Origin: Azolla caroliniana
Taxonomy: Eukaryota; Plantae; Polypodiophyta
Assembly: GCA_043228905.1 (NCBI GenBank)
Contig: JBHGNT010001106.1
Span: 1-12,027 of the forward strand
Direction: 5' to 3'
Length of the DNA: 12,027 nt
The notes under the pieces were generated by a model. The model was given only the letters and a program-made list of their open reading frames with translations. It had not been told where the DNA came from and did no database searches. Every line of letters begins with the position of its first letter. The stretch's first letter is position 1. Both the position numbers and the translations under genes were made by a program. Shown here one piece after another: positions 8,783-12,027 of this stretch.

Positions 8783-9191
8783 TAGCAATGGGCATGGTTC
8801 AGTTAAAACAAAAACCAAACCAAACCGTTTAGGGAAAAGTTGAAACCAAACAGAACCATTTAATAAAAAAATTTAAACCTAACCACTTAAGTCAAACTAA
8901 TTAAACATCTAAATAAACAAAAATACATTAAATTAAATAAGCATTTAAGTTAAATTAATTAAATCAATAAAAAACCATTAATTAAACCATTAAATCAAAC
9001 AACTATTAAGGTAAAAATAAATTTAAGCAAAAACCTATAAATCTTTAAACCAAACCTATAAACCCCAAATTGAACCGAAACCGAACCGTTTATCGAATAT
9101 TTAAACCATTAAATTTTTTTGAACCCAATAAACCGTTAAACCATGGCTTAACGGTTCGGTTCGGTTTGAGCCGAAACCGTGCCCATTGCTA
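8783..9191. mobile_element. hAT-superfamily non-autonomous element (MITE), 409 bp
   Basis: TIRs TAGCAATGGGCATGGTT / AACCGTGCCCATTGCTA (16/17). Perfect 8-bp TSD CTACTTAC at 8775-8782 and 9192-9199. Many subterminal AACCG/AAACC motifs and an AT-rich non-coding interior. Confidence 0.92.
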
Positions 9192-10677
9192 CTACTTACC
9201 AATGACTGTCACAATGGAGTATGGTGACCCACTAACTACATGGGTAGTGGACTTACCTCTCTCTCTCTCAATTTTTTTATTTTTTATTTTTTATTTTTAC
9301 TTTCGATGAATGGAATGGTACCCCATATTTGTTGTAAACCAATTGTCTCATGGGCCAATTTTGGTCTTAGAAGGCGTTAATATTTCTTTCTTTCTCTCTC
9401 TCTCTCTCTCTCAAGCTTGTTCATTCCTCCCTAGGAAACACTAACAAGCTCCTATATCGGGTCGTCTTACTCGAGCTTATCTACCTATCTTTTGACACTT
9501 TGTGCATGAATTCGGTCCTTTGGCATGTAATGTCTCAATATTTCTTTTTTTTTGTATATAGCATATACATGGCCTTAGCTTCTAAGACATGGCACACTTG
9601 TTTAATGTGATGTAATGTCGTACATCACACAAATTTGGCGTTTACGTAGATCTTTACTATTGTATTGTATTGTTTGTTCCCTTTGAGACGATTTTGAGAG
9701 AGGACACGGAGTTTAGTATGACTTTTTGAGTATGTTATATATAGAAGGTTGGGTTGAATTTTTGCACTAAGAACAACTATAGTGCGTGATACGATGTTGT
9801 GTTCACGAATATACATGTTGTCTTTTAGTACAAATTCCTCTATAATGTTTGTGGAGAAAACAAATCCTTTTGGCTAGAAGCCTTAACCAGGAAAGAGGTA
9901 GAATTTTGTGTGCATCACAAGCACGAGTCAATGTAAAAAAAATAAAGGGCTCGTGAAATTGTACATTCTTAAAGGTTTAAAGCCAATCACGAGATGAGTT
10001 GTCATGTTGGACATAAACCTTAATTAATGAATGGTCAAGCAAGATACATAAATAACACAAATATGTATGAATATATCAACAACGCTCACAAGAATTTAGA
10101 CCTTCAAGACAAATGAATGAATAAACCAGACCTTTCTTGTTACACAAATTTTGAACAAACCTAGTAACGACGATTAGTAACAAATCAATCGTTTTGTTTA
10201 TTTATCCTGAACAAAGCCACAAGCCATGCATGTGGACTTATCTATTGATAGTTCTGTTTTTGGCAACGCAATGCATTGCCTCTTATTTGTGAATGTGTTT
10301 GTTCATATATGGATTAATGTATAAATTTGAGAATGGAATCCATCGAAATTTGTAAACTTGTTATTTACGCATTAATGCGCAACAGGATATGTTATTTTCA
10401 TGTAATCAAATTGTCGAATATGAGAGCATTTTCATAATAACATGGTTAGTACAAATTTTCATTCTCAAATGTCGGCCACATCCAATTAGGCTTTTCATAA
10501 GATTAGGTTGTGCTTTGGTTCTCATCGAAATGGAAAAGTTAGAATGTACTATTGGATCTCCGATTGACCACTTGGTTTGCATTAGTTAGCTCGTAATGTA
10601 CACCATAAATAATGTGCCACATTATTATCTCTCAACATATTAATCGGAACTTTGTCTTATCTATCTCGAATAAAACA

Positions 10678-10883
10678 ATCCTACCCGATATAGTGTGTAT
10701 GTAAGATTTTCTTGTTACAATACATTGATGGATCCCTAATACGCATTACCATGCACATGTCACACCATTAGATTTCAACATACGAGTGGAGGCAATGAGA
10801 AACCTACCCTATATTCTATAGGATTTATCCTTTGTTTTACATTCAATTTGTCCCTAATGGACACCATTATGCACATGACACAC
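10678..10883. repeat. Degenerate direct repeat, period about 120 bp
   Basis: Colinear motifs cctacccNatat ... tacatt ... tccctaat ... catta..atgcacatgNcacac at 10678-10766 and 10801-10883. Confidence 0.6.
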
Positions 10884-11645
10884 AATTACCTCTCAAGATC
10901 CAATCGATCTTCTCGTATGACTTGGACCTTTATGTTCTACAATCTACCATACCATATACTTCTCACGCACCTCAGAGCCATCATTCATTATATGCACATA
11001 AGTTCCCAATGTAATCTATATCCGTTACTAATGCACAATGTCATGAATGTTTCACATGTGTATGTACTCGCGTCACTTCAACTTATTATGTTAACATTTG
11101 AATTTTATTTCTCTCGGCTTTACTTTACAAATATCCAATCAAACCCACATGGTAGTCACATCGATCCACGTAGAGTTCCCATGTTTCCCAACAACGAATG
11201 CTTGAGCCTTAAATATTATTTTCAATTGGAAGACTATCGAGGTTTCCCTAGTTCCTCTATGCAAAGTCAATTAGTGACTTATAAGTTATGAAGCCATTCA
11301 TATTTTCCACATGTTGATTGTATTATAAAATCAATTTGTGTATCTACTCTTTCAACATACAAACAAAAACATGCAATGTAATCAATACTTTCCAGCTTGT
11401 TGTTGTTATCCTACAATCATTTGAGGATGAGTATTGTGGAACATTCATGCTAGACATGAACAAGGTTATTCCAATTTCATGGTATTCTTGAGAAATGTTG
11501 AATCTTGATGTACGTCCGCATTTCTTTGCTCGGTGACAATTCATATTGATCGCATTCACTCATTAGTTCATCATGTGATCATTTTCATTGTATGGCTTCA
11601 AAAAAAACTTATAGTTCGATATGAAGAAGAACATGTAAAGCAACA

Positions 11646-12027
11646 AAGAAAATATCCATACACATCAATTGTCCTTCTAACAAGCCACGTGACATGTTAT
11701 CCATTTTTTCATTCTATATCAATATGTGCACATATCAAATTTCCTATCAATTAGGTAAGGTTGTACTATTTATGGTAGATGTAAACTTGCTCAAAATCAC
11801 AAAGAAACAAGCATTTCAAAACATAAATGTTTTGCTTTCTTATTTTGCTTGTAGGCTTATGATTTCAATGTGATACACTACAAACACGTGTTAAATGCCC
11901 ATACCAACATGAAATAGCTTGCAAGTAAGACACAACCATGTTAAAAATATTGCTATTGTTTATGATGTATGAACAATATGTCACGTGGCATGTTAAAAGG
12001 GCATCTAACTTGTATGGATATTTGCTT
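11646..12027. mobile_element. Fold-back/MITE-like element with at least 59-bp inverted repeats, truncated by the window end
   Basis: 11646-11704 versus revcomp of 11969-12027 aligns ungapped at 47/59, with core GCCACGTGACAT exact. TSD not visible. Confidence 0.75.

Larger units (their letters stand above)
8490..9251 (-). mobile_element. Unclassified repeat, copy B (inverted relative to copy A, interrupted by a hAT MITE)
   Basis: 8490-8732 aligns to revcomp of about 2916-3141, and 9207-9251 is identical to revcomp of 2864-2908. The A box of the first module is lost. Confidence 0.85.

Noticed and set aside
2866-9249. Bona fide CACTA transposon (CACTA...TAGTG ends)
   Set aside because: The 3-bp flanks differ (TTC versus GAC), identity extends outside CACTA, and no transposase remnant was recognised inside.
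10368-10379. 12-bp palindrome CGCATTAATGCG
   Set aside because: Expected by chance in 12 kb.
9600-11640. ORFs including 10848-11291 and a suspected Helitron/MULE coding fossil
   Set aside because: The frames I translated showed no recognisable motif. Probably old TE debris but unsupported.

Overview
AT-rich eukaryotic (land-plant) genomic DNA with two minus-strand spliced genes embedded in transposon debris. (1) The 5' end of an unidentified gene: exon 1819-1750, a 1.6-kb intron, and an exon from 134 running off the window. (2) A complete small gene with TATA box at about 7858, an intron-containing leader and a 115-aa CDS (6850-6503) carrying the plant 'serine-rich protein' motif CLCSPTxHPGSFRCRLHR plus a candidate RVxF PP1-docking motif. 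Decayed ORF2 C-termini of two different LINE types lie at about 352-1070 and 2339-2802. The most unusual structure is a repeat with two convergent tRNA-like (Pol III A/B box) modules and a perfectly conserved 45-bp end. It occurs as two inverted copies (2864-3141 and 8490-9251) bracketing the small gene, and the right copy is interrupted by a 409-bp hAT-type MITE with a perfect 8-bp TSD. A further fold-back element sits at the right edge. Most ORFs in the supplied track look spurious. All alignments and translations were done by eye.
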